Below, piece after piece: positions 26,980-42,507 of a stretch of 64,000 bases of DNA. The first letter of the stretch is position 1. Every line of letters starts with the position of its first letter. The notes beneath the pieces were generated by a model. It was not told where the DNA came from. It saw only the letters and a program-made list of their open reading frames with translations, and ran no database searches. Origin of the DNA: Octopus vulgaris (taxonomy: Eukaryota); NCBI GenBank assembly GCA_951406725.2, contig OX597818.1, positions 87,854,001 to 87,918,000 on the forward strand, written 5' to 3'. The position numbers and the translations under genes are program-made.

Positions 26980-28299
26980 CTTTTTATAGCCGGTTTGGTT
27001 ACTTTGGTGTAACACTACTTTTATATGTTTCCTATTTGGAAATAGATAATAAATATATTTTACTTTTGAAGTAGGAATATATATTGATAAACACGTCACT
27101 TATAACTTACTTATAAAAATTATCATTATACATATATCCTGCATCCAGTTACATAAACGCCATAGTGAGAAATATATACACTGAAACGCTAACGGACATT
27201 TTGTGCATGCATGTATGTTGAAGATATTACAGTTTCATAATTGCAGAAATTAATTTCAGTTATAAGTTGAAGAACGCGAAGAAAGAGAAAATTCTACTGC
27301 ATTAGTTGATTTATGTACATTTAGCATTTATAGTACAATTGGAAAGTAAAGTCATTTTGCCGTAGAAAGTTACGACTTAAAATTCACACTAGCTAATCCT
27401 TCGTACTAACTATTAGGGTTCACCACAATTCAAATAAGTCTTGTTGAATTATGCCAAGTCATAGACATGGCATAAAAAATAGCCAGTATCTCAAGGAGTG
27501 AGTGTCATGGAGTTTAGTAACATCCAACGATCACTGAGTAATTTCCCCAAAATCAGGGTTTTTATAACTGCTCATATCCGAATTCTAAGGACCGTATTTC
27601 GTGAAAGATTTCTTTGACAAAAGTTTAGAATTTGTATATCGGCAGTAATTTTAACCAATGGGATTACCAACAATTATGCTTGTTCGGGCAAACGATCATT
27701 ACGTCATATTGCCGCCTTTTATGACTTGCTACACATACATACATACGTAATTGTGAGTATGTATATATAGGTATGTATGTATGTATGTATCTATCAATAT
27801 ATATATAAATAAAGACATGAAATATGAAACGCAGAAAACACTGTTGATATTCTTATGCTTTATATACAGCAGTTTCAATAAGCCGGCGGCTTATTTCTTC
27901 GGTGAATTCGCAAAAGATGTGGTACGTCCTTTTAAACTATAGTCATATTAATTATCCGTTGACATAGTAAGCAAACTGTAAACTCACTGGCAACTTGTTG
28001 TGCATGCTGCCACACTATTAATTAGATGCGCGTGCTCCACCCCCCTCCACACACACAATATACACACGCACACTCGCACAGACACACACACATACATGCA
28101 TGCGTACAAACACATACCCACACATTAAACCTATAAAATCTTGTTGAAACACTCGGATATTATAATGCACTACTTTTGCAAACTTTTCGCAGATTTGCCC
28201 AGAATTATATTCGATCGGAGCTGAGTTGGGAGCCAAACAGCCCGAACTCCCAACAGAGAAAACAAAAAGTACAAAGGAAAAGACCTTAAAAGAGAGAAA

Positions 28300-28380
28300 T
28301 CGTCCAGCTTCCGGTTTGTAATATTGGCTTAAAATATTCTATTGCGTGCTTTCATTGACTTTGCGGCCATTTTGTTTGTT
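28300..28380. promoter_or_regulatory. Candidate housekeeping-type promoter motif cluster
   Basis: CTTCCGG (ETS), ATTGG (CCAAT) and GCGGCCATTTTG (YY1-like) within 75 bp of non-repetitive sequence. Confidence 0.35.
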
Positions 28381-28609
28381 TCTTTTGTTGTTGGTTTATT
28401 TTTGCCTCACCTTAAATGACTAGACGAGTAAATGTGAAATAATAAAATATCGCTTTGTGACATCAGCAACAAAGTTTTATAGCTTGCAAATGGTTTAGAG
28501 GAGATTTGATTTGATTTGGAAATTTACTAACTAAATTAGATTAACGGAAAGATGTTAGGACAGAGCAAGTGTGCCAAAGTGAAAGTGAATCAGAGGAAGA
28601 AGAGGACGA

Positions 28610-30185
<1,576 letters not shown>

Positions 30186-30191
30186 TTATGT

Positions 30192-30480
30192 GGAGGCGCA
30201 ATGGCCCAGTGGTTAGGGCAGCGGACTCGCGGTCGTAGGATCGCGGTTTCGATTCCCAGACCGGGCGTTGTGAGTGTTTATTGAGCGAAAACACCTAAAA
30301 GCTCCACGAGCCTCCGGCAGGGGCGATCCCTGCTGTACTCTTTCGCCACAACTTTCTCTCACTCTTTCTTCTGTTTGCCTGCTCGCTTAGCCAGCGGGGT
30401 GGCGTCATTTGAAGGCTAAATCAATGCGAAGCGCATTGTGACCAGCGATGTGTAGCAACATCTGATAGCCTGGTCGGTGA
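30192..30480 (+). mobile_element. tRNA-derived SINE family E
   Basis: A box TGGCCCAGTGG, B box GGTTTCGATTCC, followed by a tRNA-unrelated body. Confidence 0.85.
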
Positions 30481-30482
30481 TA

Positions 30483-31739
30483 CGAGGGGCGTTCAATAAG
30501 TAATGCCCCTGACCCACTTGCAGTTGTTTGATCTAGCTGAAATTTTGCATGTGCACCTATTTATACCTCTATAGATTAAGTAGCTCTGAACTAATTGTGG
30601 TTTCTGATTTACAGGTGTTTGAACTGAGTCAAGTGTGAAATGGAGCCTGTTGAGTGTCGAGCAGTGATCTGGTTTTTGTATTTGAAAGGACGCACACCAC
30701 GGGAGACTTTTGATGAAATGAAAGTAACTTATGGTGATGATGCCCCATCATATGACCTTGTAAAACGCTGGCATTGTGAATTCAAACATAGTCGGAACTC
30801 TGTGGAAACAGCTCCCAGATCTGGTCGCCCCTTCTACCGTTGATGAGACGTCTGTCCGTCAAGTTGAGGCTGCCATTTTGGAAGGTCAACGCATAACTAT
30901 TCGCCAAATAGCCCATAAGGTCAAGATTAGTACCGGGTCTGTGGAAACTATCATTCATGACCATTTGCATATGCAAAAGATGTCTGCCAGACGGATTTCC
31001 AGGTTGCTCACACCTTTCCAGAAGCAAGAACGCGTTGAGTGCTCGAGGATGAATTTGGAGATGTGCCAAGAAGATGAGTCAAAATTTTTCAAAAGACTGA
31101 TCACACAGGATAAAACCTGGATCCATCACTATGATCCAGAGACCAAAGCCCAGTCAATACAGTGAAAGCACCGTGACTCACCTCCTCCAAAGAAGGCAAG
31201 GGTGCAGCCCTCCGCTGACAAGGTTATGCTCACAGTCTTCTGGGACCAGGACGGAGTAGTGATGACAGATTTCCTGGCAAAGGGTACCACAATTACAGGA
31301 GCCTATTATGCTTCACTTTTGAGGAAATTAAGAGAAGCTATCAAAATCAAGAGGCGGGGCAAGATCAGCAAAGGCATCCTCCTCCTGCAGGACAACGGTC
31401 CGGTCCACAACTCGCGTTTCGCCAGATCAGAAGCACAGGCGTACGGCTATGGACTCCTCGCCTTGCACCCTCTGATTTTCACCTCTTCCCAGCCATGAAG
31501 TTGATTTTGAAAGGAAAGCGTTTCCCAGATGATGCAGCCTTGATTTCTGAAGTCACGTCGTGGTTGGAGGACCAAGCTGGGGTCTTCTACAAAAACGGTC
31601 TCCAGAGCTGTATCAAACGATGGGAGAAATGCATAACTCTGGGTAGTTCCTATGTAGGAAAAGACTAATAACTGTGCCAAGTGTCGTTGCTCTACTGCTA
31701 TGGGAAGTGGGTCAGGGGCATTACTTATTGAACGCCCCT

Positions 31740-31741
<2 letters not shown>
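30483..31741 (+). mobile_element. Full-length mariner transposon (~1259 bp, irritans/Hsmar2-like TIRs)
   Basis: 37-bp TIR CGAGGGGCGTTCAATAAGTAATGCCCCTGACCCACTT and its reverse complement at ~31705-31741; TA on both sides. Confidence 0.96.
30640..31668 (+). pseudogene. Mariner DD34D transposase pseudogene
   Basis: MEPVECRAVIWFLYLKG, ITQDKTWIHHYDPETK, KVMLTVFWD, LLQDNGPVH, LAPSDFHLF. Frameshift at ~30835, premature TGA at ~31163, and the PHPPYSPD segment is deleted. Confidence 0.93.
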
Positions 31742-31782
<41 letters not shown>

Positions 31783-31976
31783 TCAGAATATAATTTAAGA
31801 ACACGAGCGATGGATCGCAAGGAGTTAAATTAGATGTTAGAATTGGAGGTAATGCAACTGTTCTTGTATTCGATCCTCAGTAAAAGTAAGATTGATAAAA
31901 AAAAGCAAAAAAAAACAAAAAAAAAAACAAAACAAGTACACTGTCTTGAATTCGGTTTTCGTTCCTATTCTCAATT

Positions 31977-32430
31977 ACGAAGGGGTGCTGAAAAGTTCCT
32001 GGCTTTAAGATTATCGTGAAAGGCTTAATTGGAGGCCTAACTTTCCGAGTTCTTGGTAGTCCATGATGTAATCAACTCTGGTCGTGTCAATGTTGTTTCT
32101 GCCATGGAAGCCTTAAATAACAAGTAACTGTTGATTCGGCTTGAATGAAATGTGGGGGAAGTAAGTTATATAGTAAGATACATACACATATATTTACATA
32201 CAAATATATACGAGGATTTGTGATGAGTTCCTAGCTTTAAAGGTATCACAAAAGGTTTAGTTGGAGGCTCAACTTCCCGAGTTCTTTTACAGGGCTTAGA
32301 AAAACTCAAGGACGGCTACAATAAATGTGAGAATTTGAGAGGGGAATATATTGGATAAAATCATAATTAACTGATCCTCCTGTATTTTCTTTTACCTAAA
32401 GCTAGGAACTTTTCAACACCCACCTCATAT
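31977..32430 (+). mobile_element. Mariner-derived MITE(s): partial copy at 31977-32055 and ~220-bp copy at 32210-32430
   Basis: TACGAAGGGGTGCTGAAAAGTTCCTGGCTTT / AAAGCTAGGAACTTTTCAACACCCACCTCATA TIR pair; internal GLEKLKDGYNKCENLRGEYI resembles a transposase C-terminus. Confidence 0.75.
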
Positions 32431-32432
32431 AG

Positions 32433-32905
32433 TCAGGAATATTGGATAATGACCGAAAGATTACGATCGCGAATATAAGGCACCGAAATGGGAGTCTTCC
32501 GTAGGATCTCTGGAGTAATGTTACTAGATAAGATTCGTAGCTTAGGAATCAAGGAGTCTCTACAGGTCGAGTCGTAACTCCTACCCATTGAGAGATCACG
32601 GATCCGGTTCAATGAACATGTGATTAGATTTTGATTGGAAAGATTCGCAAGACGGGTTCTCTGAAGCCGAACCAACCGGCAGGAAACCTAGGGGTAGACC
32701 GAGAACGAGATGGCTGGATGGATGCTCATAGACTCAGTTGGTCATGCTTGGGAATCCAAATGGAAAGTATAATGATGGTTGCTTCTGATAAGACCCTGTG
32801 TAGGGGATGCATGAGGACTCTACCCCCATGACTCTCCAAAGAAAAATGGCAGAGGAGATGGATGGATGGTTGGATGGACGAATGGATGGATGGGGGGATG
32901 GATTC
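32433..32905 (+). pseudogene. RTE-clade LINE 3' fragment with (GGAT)n tail
   Basis: WIMTERLRSRI*GTEMGVFRRISGVMLLDKIRS...PRGRPRTRWLD motifs. Confidence 0.8.
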
Positions 32906-33224
32906 AACCGATATACAGGTAGAAATAACCATCTAGAGTTTACTTAGGGCCTGACTCCTCTCTGATTCCATGTTCTTCATATCCTCTATGATAAGGTAGT
33001 CGAAATGATCAGTTCAACAAGTTCTAGTGACCGACTGAATTGTTAGCGTGGGTAAGAAAGGGTTCACTTTCTCCATCTTCGCTTTGTCTTTTCCTTGTTA
33101 TTTTTGTAGTATATCCTAAAAGTTCACCTCGAATGCAATGGGCTTCCCTTCGTAATATCTGTTGGAATTATCTATGCTTTACTTTCGAATTCCGTTTGCT
33201 TTCAAATGACCCCGACAAGCGGCG

Positions 33225-33355
33225 GCATGATTGTGTAGTTACGAAGTTCGCTGTCTAACCGCTAGAATTCGGGTTCGGTTGCGCTACACGGCAAGTGCCT
33301 TCTGCTAGTGTCCCTGGCTGACAAATGCTTAGTGAGTGAATTTGATTGATAGAAT
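33225..33355 (+). mobile_element. SINE family B, highly diverged 5' part
   Basis: TGTGTAGTTACGAAGTT...CGGGTTCGGT...GGCAAGTGCCTTCTGCTA...GTGAGTGAATTTG. Confidence 0.55.
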
Positions 33356-33719
33356 CTGTGTTGCAGAAGCCTGATCGTTTTAACGCGGCTGACACCACCG
33401 GATTGAAAGGTACTGCCTAGGTGACGAAACCACAAAGATATCCGTTTGGCAGCTGATGAATACATTCTTGCTATGGTTGTTTATGGATTTTCCCATCTTA
33501 GTCTTGATTTGTCCTTCCTTCTGGTAAGAGGAAAAGTGTTTGCAGATTCATGGTTTGTGGAAGTTACTTACATTGTCATGGTTAATCTTAATAAACTTGG
33601 AAAACGCTTAGATATCATCTAGTTTTGGGAGGTTCTGTGGCACATATATATATATATGTTTTTTCACTTTTTACTATTTTCTATATATTCAACCACGTGC
33701 TTTCACACACCAACTTTCT

Positions 33720-33723
33720 CACC

Positions 33724-33793
<70 letters not shown>

Positions 33794-34061
33794 TGTATGT
33801 ATGTATGTATGTATGTATGTATGTATGTATCCATGTATGTATATATATGTCGAACAATGAAAATGATATTTCACCGCTACGCATTTGAAAACCTTGCACT
33901 TTTAACTGGACACCACGAGACCCAGGAGTGCAACAATGAGCACTTTCTTGAAAATGCTACACTCTCACTTTATCATCCTTCGCCTGTTGTCGCTCTTCGC
34001 GCCCACGCGCACAAACAAACACACACATACATACATGCATATATATATATATATATATAAA

Positions 34062-34154
<93 letters not shown>

Positions 34155-34285
34155 ATAAATATATGTATATATATATATAATTAAAAAACAGAGAAAAAAG
34201 GACAAGAAAAAACAACAATGCGAGTAGGTGGTACATGCAAAGTATTAATAAGACGCTCAGAGAAGGAAAGACAGAGTATACATAC

Positions 34286-34363
<78 letters not shown>

Positions 34364-35133
34364 AGAAAGACAGACAGATAACTAGATATATACCTGCATA
34401 TTTATAGATATATAGTTACATATAAATGTATATATATATGTATATATATATATGTATATATATATGTACATACATATATATGTATATATATATATATGTT
34501 CATATATATATGTATATATGTGTGTGTTTGTGCGTGTGTAAGCTTACACTTCTGTGTTTCTAAGTGTCCTGTATGAATAGACGAAAACAACCGGTCACGT
34601 TTCAACAAACAAGTGAAATTGCGTGTTTTTATGGCGTGTTATCTCATAACGTGTTGAAATAATGGAAATTTCTTTTTTATTTTCCATAATTGTATAAATT
34701 TTAAACAGGCCGCTCAAGTGTGTATAGCAGGAAACTTGTTTCGTTACAAAAAAATTATATATATTACAAACATTGTATTCAGTTGTATAAGAAATAACTT
34801 TTTTGAAAGTAGAATCCGAGGAAAAAGATTTAATACTGTTTAATATTTTGTTATAAGAGAAACACAGTATATTCATGATGTTAGGTGATGGTAAAAATAT
34901 AATAAAAACAGATTAAAAATTTTGGACAGTGAAAATAAATCTATCTTGCAGCGATATTGAGATATACCTGCAGGTGAACCGTTAATATACGCGCGCGCGC
35001 GTGTTGTGTGAGTGAGTGTGTGCGTGTGTTTGCGTATGCATATATATATTATATATATACATAAATAATATATGCATAAATATCTATCTCTCTCTATATA
35101 TATATATATTTACACACAGACATATAAATACAT

Positions 35134-35193
<60 letters not shown>

Positions 35194-35401
35194 GGAGAGA
35201 GAGACAAATACCTGAATATTAAGAACTATAGAAATTAAATTCTTAATATACGTATATATATGTATATATATATGCATATGTGTGTCTTGTGTGTATATAT
35301 ATGTGTGTATGTTTATACATATGTATAAATAAACGTTTAAATACATACGTATATACATACATATATCATATATATATATATAGATATATAATATATGTAT
35401 A

Positions 35402-35459
<58 letters not shown>

Positions 35460-35470
35460 ATATGTATACA
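33720..35470. repeat. (TA)n, (TATG)n, (CA)n and (GA)n microsatellites interspersed with unique or decayed DNA
   Basis: Direct. Confidence 0.85.
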
Positions 35471-35614
35471 TTTGTGTATATATAGAGGCAATTATGCGGA
35501 TAAACATTAAACATAACAGATTCGGATTGATATAAAAAATATGTATATATTTATCCATGCACAACGAGAGAAAGCAAAGACTGAAGACAATGAATATTTA
35601 AATAATAATATATA

Positions 35615-35982
35615 CGGTTCCGGGTTCAGTCCCACTGCGTGGCATCTTGGGCAAGTGTCTTCTGCTATAGCCCCGGGCCGACCAATGCTTGTGAGTGGAT
35701 TTGGTAGACGGAAACTGAAAGAAGCCTGTCGTATATATGTATATATATATATATGTATGTGTGTGTTTGTGTGTCTGTGTTTGTCCCCCTAGCATTGCTT
35801 GACAACCGATGCTGGTGTGTTTACGTCCCCGTCACTTTGCGGTTCGGCAAAAGAGACCGATAGAATAAGTACTGGGCTTACAATGAATAAGTCCCGGGGT
35901 TGATTTGCTCGACTAAAGGCGGTGCTCCAGCATGGCCGCAGTCAAATGACTGAAACAAGTGAAAGAGTAAAGAGTAAAGAGT
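35615..35982 (+). mobile_element. SINE family B, lacking the first ~35 nt
   Basis: GGTTCCGGGTTCAGTCCCACTGCGTGGC ... (GAGTAAA)n tail. Confidence 0.92.
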
Positions 35983-36184
35983 ATATATTTATAGATCAAA
36001 CTTAGACGGAGTACAAATGACATAGAAAATTAGGGGGTGGGGTGAAGTAAGGTGTTATAAGCTCAACAGCTGTTTCTGGAATCTCGGAGATACACCATTA
36101 TGTTGGTATATGTAGTTCATCACAATGTGCAGGCCGTTAAGGAGGCCATCAACATTGGAGAAATCGAGCCTCCATCATCAAGCT

Positions 36185-36845
36185 GTTATATTCATTTTGT
36201 TTATCAGCCTGTTATCTGTCAAACTTGCCACATGTCCAACCCAGTAGGACTTTTGGTTTCGGTATTCTGTGTTCAAGTCGTTCACTCCACTTCCTTCCCG
36301 AATTACCTCATTTCCGATATGTTCTCGCAATAATATACCCAGTATGGATCATTCGCTGCCAATTAACTCTTTCCCTTTTCGTAAATGCCCATATCCCATT
36401 TGCATATAAGAGCGCAGACAGTATGGTACTGCTGAAAAGTCTGGTACGTATAGTCTTGTCTAGTTTTGCTTTGACCACATCCTTTATTCACGTAAACGTC
36501 TTCCATCCTGTTCTTATTCTCCTCCTGATTTCGCATCCATGTTTTGGCGCCTTTTCACTGAATACCCTAAGCAGTCATATCCCTTTACCTCCTCGATTTC
36601 ACCACTTCCCACCTCTATTCAGCTTGGTGCTGTTTTCAAACCAAATGTATTTTGTTTTCATGCGGTTTGTATGAAGGTCTATTGCTGTGTTGTGGGTATC
36701 TTGCTCTCTCAGTATAATCTATAGCTGATCTGAGTTTTCGGCGATGAGTGCGCTGTCATCTTCGAATCGAAGATGTGTAATAGTTCGTCGTTGATCTTTG
36801 ACCTTTTCTAGACTTGCCCTTGTTAAATTCCCTTCCAAATCGGAA
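36185..36845 (-). pseudogene. RTE-clade LINE reverse-transcriptase fragment
   Basis: KINDELL-HLRFEDDSALIAENSDQL (compare LRFADDIVL) and WVGHVASLTDNR (compare WAGHVAR..DNRW); many frameshifts. Confidence 0.8.
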
Positions 36846-36909
36846 CTATGTATGTATGTATATATATATATATATATCATTCAACTACGGTAGTAGTTGT
36901 ATAATACAC

Positions 36910-37317
<408 letters not shown>

Positions 37318-37319
37318 TA

Positions 37320-37490
37320 GCTTAGGAATGAGAACCCAGGTTCGAAATTTGCCCAAGACACCTGAAGAAGGCTGGAAGGTATATCAGCCGAAGCATTGTG
37401 CTAACAACAAACAAGATGAGGACAAATATCCGTCGAATGTAAATAATGTAAATAATGCACATAATTCCACATCTCTTAAATAGAGAACTG
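37320..37490 (+). repeat. Inverted partial copy of the SINE tail, with a second hammerhead motif at ~37357-37400
   Basis: Reverse complement of ~36916-37045; CTGAAGAAGGCTGG...CAGCC-GAAGCATT (GAAAC mutated). Confidence 0.85.
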
Positions 37491-38562
37491 TTGTTGAATA
37501 ATATTCTTAAGGTCGCAATTTACTCACACACAGCATCTTTCAAAGCTTGTCGCTAATTCATTTCTTAACCAAATTAAAAACTGTTAACATTGTTGAAGAG
37601 GACTGACCCCGAAGCTACATTTTGGCATAAAAAATTGAGATTTGATCCAATAGAGAAAAGTTTACATCAAAATGTGTAGCAACGTTATAGGAGAGTAAGT
37701 AATAACACCAATCAAGTTTAGATCTAAATTATTATTTCTTATTTTAAAAGCAAAATATATTTATCTTAGCTTCATTGAAAGAAAAAAACATGAAGAACTT
37801 CATAGTTTTGTTCCCATGCAGCAAAAATTTCTATCAAAACAGTTGTGAGGTAAAATATTATGACAAAAAATATAAAGATAATTAACTTTTTTATTTTCAA
37901 AACAGACTATATTTGAATTAGATTTATATGATAAAGCTCAATTCGGGGATTTCATGGTATCAGTCATATGCAACGAAGTTTTAAAAGAAAAAAGTTATCA
38001 GTATTTGTTTCTCAAGTTTGAGGGTGATAATATAGTTCTATACTTTTTATGAATATAAGGGGACTTTTAGTATGTCACCGGAGTCATTGAGGCAAGGAAA
38101 TAATTATCAACAACACCGCTAATTGACACATTTGACACATTACTAATTAGCATAATAGCATAGCCTGGAAAAAAATTTGAATATAAAAAATTATTTGATT
38201 TTAATTTATAAAGTGACGTTATAATTATAGAAGGTACCACCATTTTGCTAAAATATTGACACACTAGAATACTTAAAAGATGAGAGTCAGAAGCACCAAT
38301 ATAGCTAAAGTTTTATGCAAAGTAGAATAGTATATATGGTAGGCAAATTCATTATGTAAAAAATAGGTATTGGGTCAAGACTAAAAATGTGAAAACTTAG
38401 CAATAACTTTAGTGTGAGTTTATTGTTATAGGTAGATTTTACTGTAATATAAAACTAATTTTTGTATTATTCTTTTTATTGTACTAACTAACTATGTACT
38501 ACTGTTATTTTTTATAACCTATTTTCCAATTTTAAATTATTAATTAATAATCAAAAAATGAA

Positions 38563-38629
<67 letters not shown>

Positions 38630-38814
38630 GTGTGTGTATATATGTATATAGAATTTAGAGACAAACTGCTATTTAGATATTCAACCAATACTGAAATGAT
38701 ATAATCTATAATACCCACACAGAAAAACTGCCAGATTGAATTTTTTTCCCTTTTGGCTTAGAATTTCTATATTCCCTAACTATTAATAATATGAATATAT
38801 ATATATATTCACAT

Positions 38815-39010
38815 ATTAGAGTGAGGTCTTGTTTGAGCATTGCTTTGAAGAATTTCTGGTCGAATGGATCGACCTCTGTGCTTATTTAAAAAAAAAAAAC
38901 TGGTACTTATTCTATAGGTCTTTTTGGTCGAACCGCTAGCTTATGAGGACGTAGGTACATCAACACCTGTTGCCAATCCATGGTAGGTGCGAAACGCAGA
39001 CATAAAGCAC
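38815..39010 (-). mobile_element. SINE family B, diverged 3' part
   Basis: CTGGTACTTATTCTATAGGTCT...GAACCGCTA...GGACGTA...CAACACC. Confidence 0.7.
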
Positions 39011-39043
39011 ACACACACTATGTGTGTGTGTTTGTGTGTGTGT

Positions 39044-39084
<41 letters not shown>

Positions 39085-39629
39085 TGTATGTACTGTATGT
39101 ATGTATTATAGAATAGCGAATATAGTCAGATTAACGATTATGTATGAAATGTTTAAACAAACATACATAGATGCCTATATATATGTGTGTGTGCATACAT
39201 ATATATATGCAAATATATATATGTGCGTGTGTGTGTGTGTGTGTGCATATATATATGTATGCACATACACACATATAGGTATCTATCTATCTATATATAT
39301 ACATGCGCACGCTCACACACATACACACTCACACACATATATACCTGCTTATACACACACATGTATATTAAGCTACCGATGACTATTTTAATATTAATGA
39401 TTAATATATATTCGTATGCGAGAAGGATAAGTTCAAATATACTCTAAATCTACATCCTAAGATCATAAATATAAATATGAATATGTATCTCTGTGGATGT
39501 GCATATTTGGGTGTATGAGTGCATACGCAAATATATGTCTGTAGGTGTGCAAAGGTGGATGGTCGCATATTCAGACACGTCTTCAGAGTAACGTTACTCG
39601 CATCCATAATAACATTGGTGTGCACTCCT

Positions 39630-39905
39630 CTATCTACCTACCTACCTACCTACCTACCTACCTACCTACCTACCTACCTACCTACCTACCTACCTACCTA
39701 CCTACCTACCTACCTACCTACCTACCTACCTACCTACCTACCTACCTACCTGCCTACCTACCTACCTACCTACCTACCTACCTACCTACCTGCCTACCTA
39801 CCTACCTACCTACCTACCTACCTACCTACCTACCTACCTACCTACCTACCTACATACATACATACATACACATATACACATATACTACCAACCTACCTAC
39901 CTACT
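39630..39905. repeat. (CCTA)n tetranucleotide array
   Basis: Direct. Confidence 0.95.
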
Positions 39906-41247
39906 TAAACCTTTATCTATCTGTATCTATCTGGCTTTCTTTCTGCTTTTCTATCTTTCTGTTCTTCTGCCTCTTTGTCTGTTTGTCTGTCTCTCTTCCT
40001 CTCTCTTTCTACTTATAAATGTATATATGCATTATATATGTACGTATGTGTGTATGTGTGTGTGCGAGTGTGTGTATACATATGCATACATGTAAATGTA
40101 TATGTGGCTCTGCAGTTGTGCGGTAAGAAGCTTGCCTCCCAACCACATAGTTCCAGGTTCACTTCCAAAATATAAAAGTGAGATTTTCCGACCTTGCCCT
40201 CACGAGCGCAGATATGTTCTTGGAGACTGGTGGACCGGACCATGACTATAAATGTTAGTTTTGGTGATAGTATCGCAGAAAGTGTTGATAATGGTGGTGT
40301 TCATAGCGTTGATCATAGTAGTCTTGTTGGTAGTGCTGATGGTTGTGGTGGTGGTGGTTGATGGTGGTGTTGGTGTTGTGGATGCTGGCTTTGATAATAA
40401 TGTTGAATGCAGTTTAGATGTTAGTGTTGGTTGTAGTGTTGTCAGTGCTTGTTGTTGTTGGCTTTGTTCTTGGTAGTGTAAAGGGTAACTTTATAGTTAA
40501 CATAAGGAGACATTAGTAGTGGTGTCTACGGTGTTGGTGGAATTCATGACGGTAGTTTTATTGGCAATATAAATGATGTCAATGTTGGTACAGAGTGGTG
40601 GTCGTATGGATTATGTGGGTGGCAGTACCTATAACGTTAGTACTGATGCTGGTGGCATTACTAAACAACAGCATTACTCAACAATGATAAAAGTGATTCA
40701 TTTTTCAGCTGTTCAAATAACTTGATTCAAACAGTAACACTAACTTGACAATAAATGACGGGGGGCAAGACCAGCTGGAGTCATAGATTATAAATTATTT
40801 TTCATTATCCGAGATATATTTCATTGATCTGCGACCGATTTATTTGTTTATATACACATTTAAGAGGAGCAAATATTTAAAATGATACCAGATCACGTAT
40901 ACGAAGTGACATACAATGAACATATTCAAGTGACTCAATGACTTCAGCATCGCTTTGCCAGGAGAATATTTGCAAACATCATGAAACGAATATTTTTTTT
41001 GTTTCCCTGACATCACGAATCTGCAGTTCTTGTTTGCTTTCTGCATATAAAGCTGTCAGGTTTTGTCTAAAACGGTGTTACCAATAAACAGTCAAAGAAC
41101 AAAGAATTCAGTATTCGTCATATTATGGTTATACTCATCGACACGGTCTACGCAGTATGCACGCGCGCATCTGTATGCGTGTGTATGTGTATGTGTTTGT
41201 ATGTGCATGCGTGTGTGTGTGTGTGTGTGTAACAAAGAGAGGGTGAG

Positions 41248-41286
<39 letters not shown>

Positions 41287-41767
41287 AAGGTGCGTGTATA
41301 TAACTATGCGTATATACTTTGATGTATGCATATATGAATGCATATATGCGTGTATGTTTATACGATTGCGTGTAAAAATGTATGTAGGCATTTGTGTATG
41401 AGTGGTTATATGTATAAAAAGAGAAAGGAAACATACATGCATACGCGTATGTATGCGTGTATGTATGAATGCGCGCGTGTGTGTGCGTGCGTGTGTTTGT
41501 GTGTGTGTGTGTGCGTGTATGTGTATGTTTGTTTGCGTACAGGCTGGGCAAAAAGTTATGTGCGAAATAAGTTCAATACACTTCAGAATTGTTAAAGACA
41601 TGTTTGAATTATTCTAGAACTGAATAAAATAAATAAAATAGAATAATGGTGAGCACACACTTCCTTGCACATGATGAACAAAGTGAATAATAACAATGGT
41701 AATAATAAAATAATGTAAATATGTTATCTTTTTTCGTGTTTGGCCCAACTTGTATATATATATATAT

Positions 41768-42052
<285 letters not shown>

Positions 42053-42114
42053 CATGTATGTATGTATGTATGTATGTGTATGAATGTATGCATGTATGTA
42101 TGTGTATATGTATA

Positions 42115-42440
42115 ACGGGCCATCCGTCGGTTACGACGACGAGGGTTCCAGTTGATCCGATAAACGGAACAGCCAGCTCGTGAAATTAACGTGCAAGTGA
42201 CTGAGCACTCCACAAACAGGTGTACCCTTAACATAGATAATTGGGAGAATCAGCACGACATATAATGTGACAAGGATGATCCTTTGAAACTCAAGTAGTA
42301 CTCACGTTTGCTAGTTGAATGAGCTGGAGCAATGCAAAATAAAAGTGCCTTGCTCTAGGACACAATACGTCGCCGGGGATTGAACTCACGTCCTTACGAT
42401 TGTCAGCCGTATACCCTAACCACTAAGCCACACGTCTTCA
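42115..42440 (-). mobile_element. tRNA-derived SINE (family D head, alternative 3' body)
   Basis: Head is the reverse complement of GGGATTGAACTCACG...CTAACCACTAAGCCACACG; body GAAATTAACGTGCAAGTG shared with 61390-61690. Confidence 0.85.
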
Positions 42441-42507
42441 CATACGCACACACACATACACGCACACATGCACACACACACACATACACACACATACACA
42501 CACACAC

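Larger units (their letters stand above)
21885..26980 (-). mobile_element. Decayed Ty3/Gypsy LTR-retrotransposon internal region (gag-PR-RT-RH-IN)
   Basis: Gag PPAWTGDTLIWF..., protease FLMDTKAACSI, RT MPLGLRNAANTFQRFIDEV and FAFIDDFLIAS (FIDD ~24437-24448), RNase H VDVSDFGIGGVLQQ and TDHKPL, integrase HIDIVGPLP, IDRFSRWPEA, TTSYHPQSNGMIE and terminal TRSGR; many stops and frameshifts. Confidence 0.95.

Noticed and set aside
30640-31668. Domesticated SETMAR-like gene
   Set aside because: Bounded by TIRs, carries a frameshift, a stop and a deletion of the YSPD motif, and has no SET exon
39630-39860. Telomere-like repeat
   Set aside because: The unit is CCTA/TAGG, a common tetranucleotide microsatellite, not TTAGGG
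40252-40476. Hydrophobic Val-rich membrane peptide
   Set aside because: Degenerate (GGT/GTT/GAT)n low-complexity sequence
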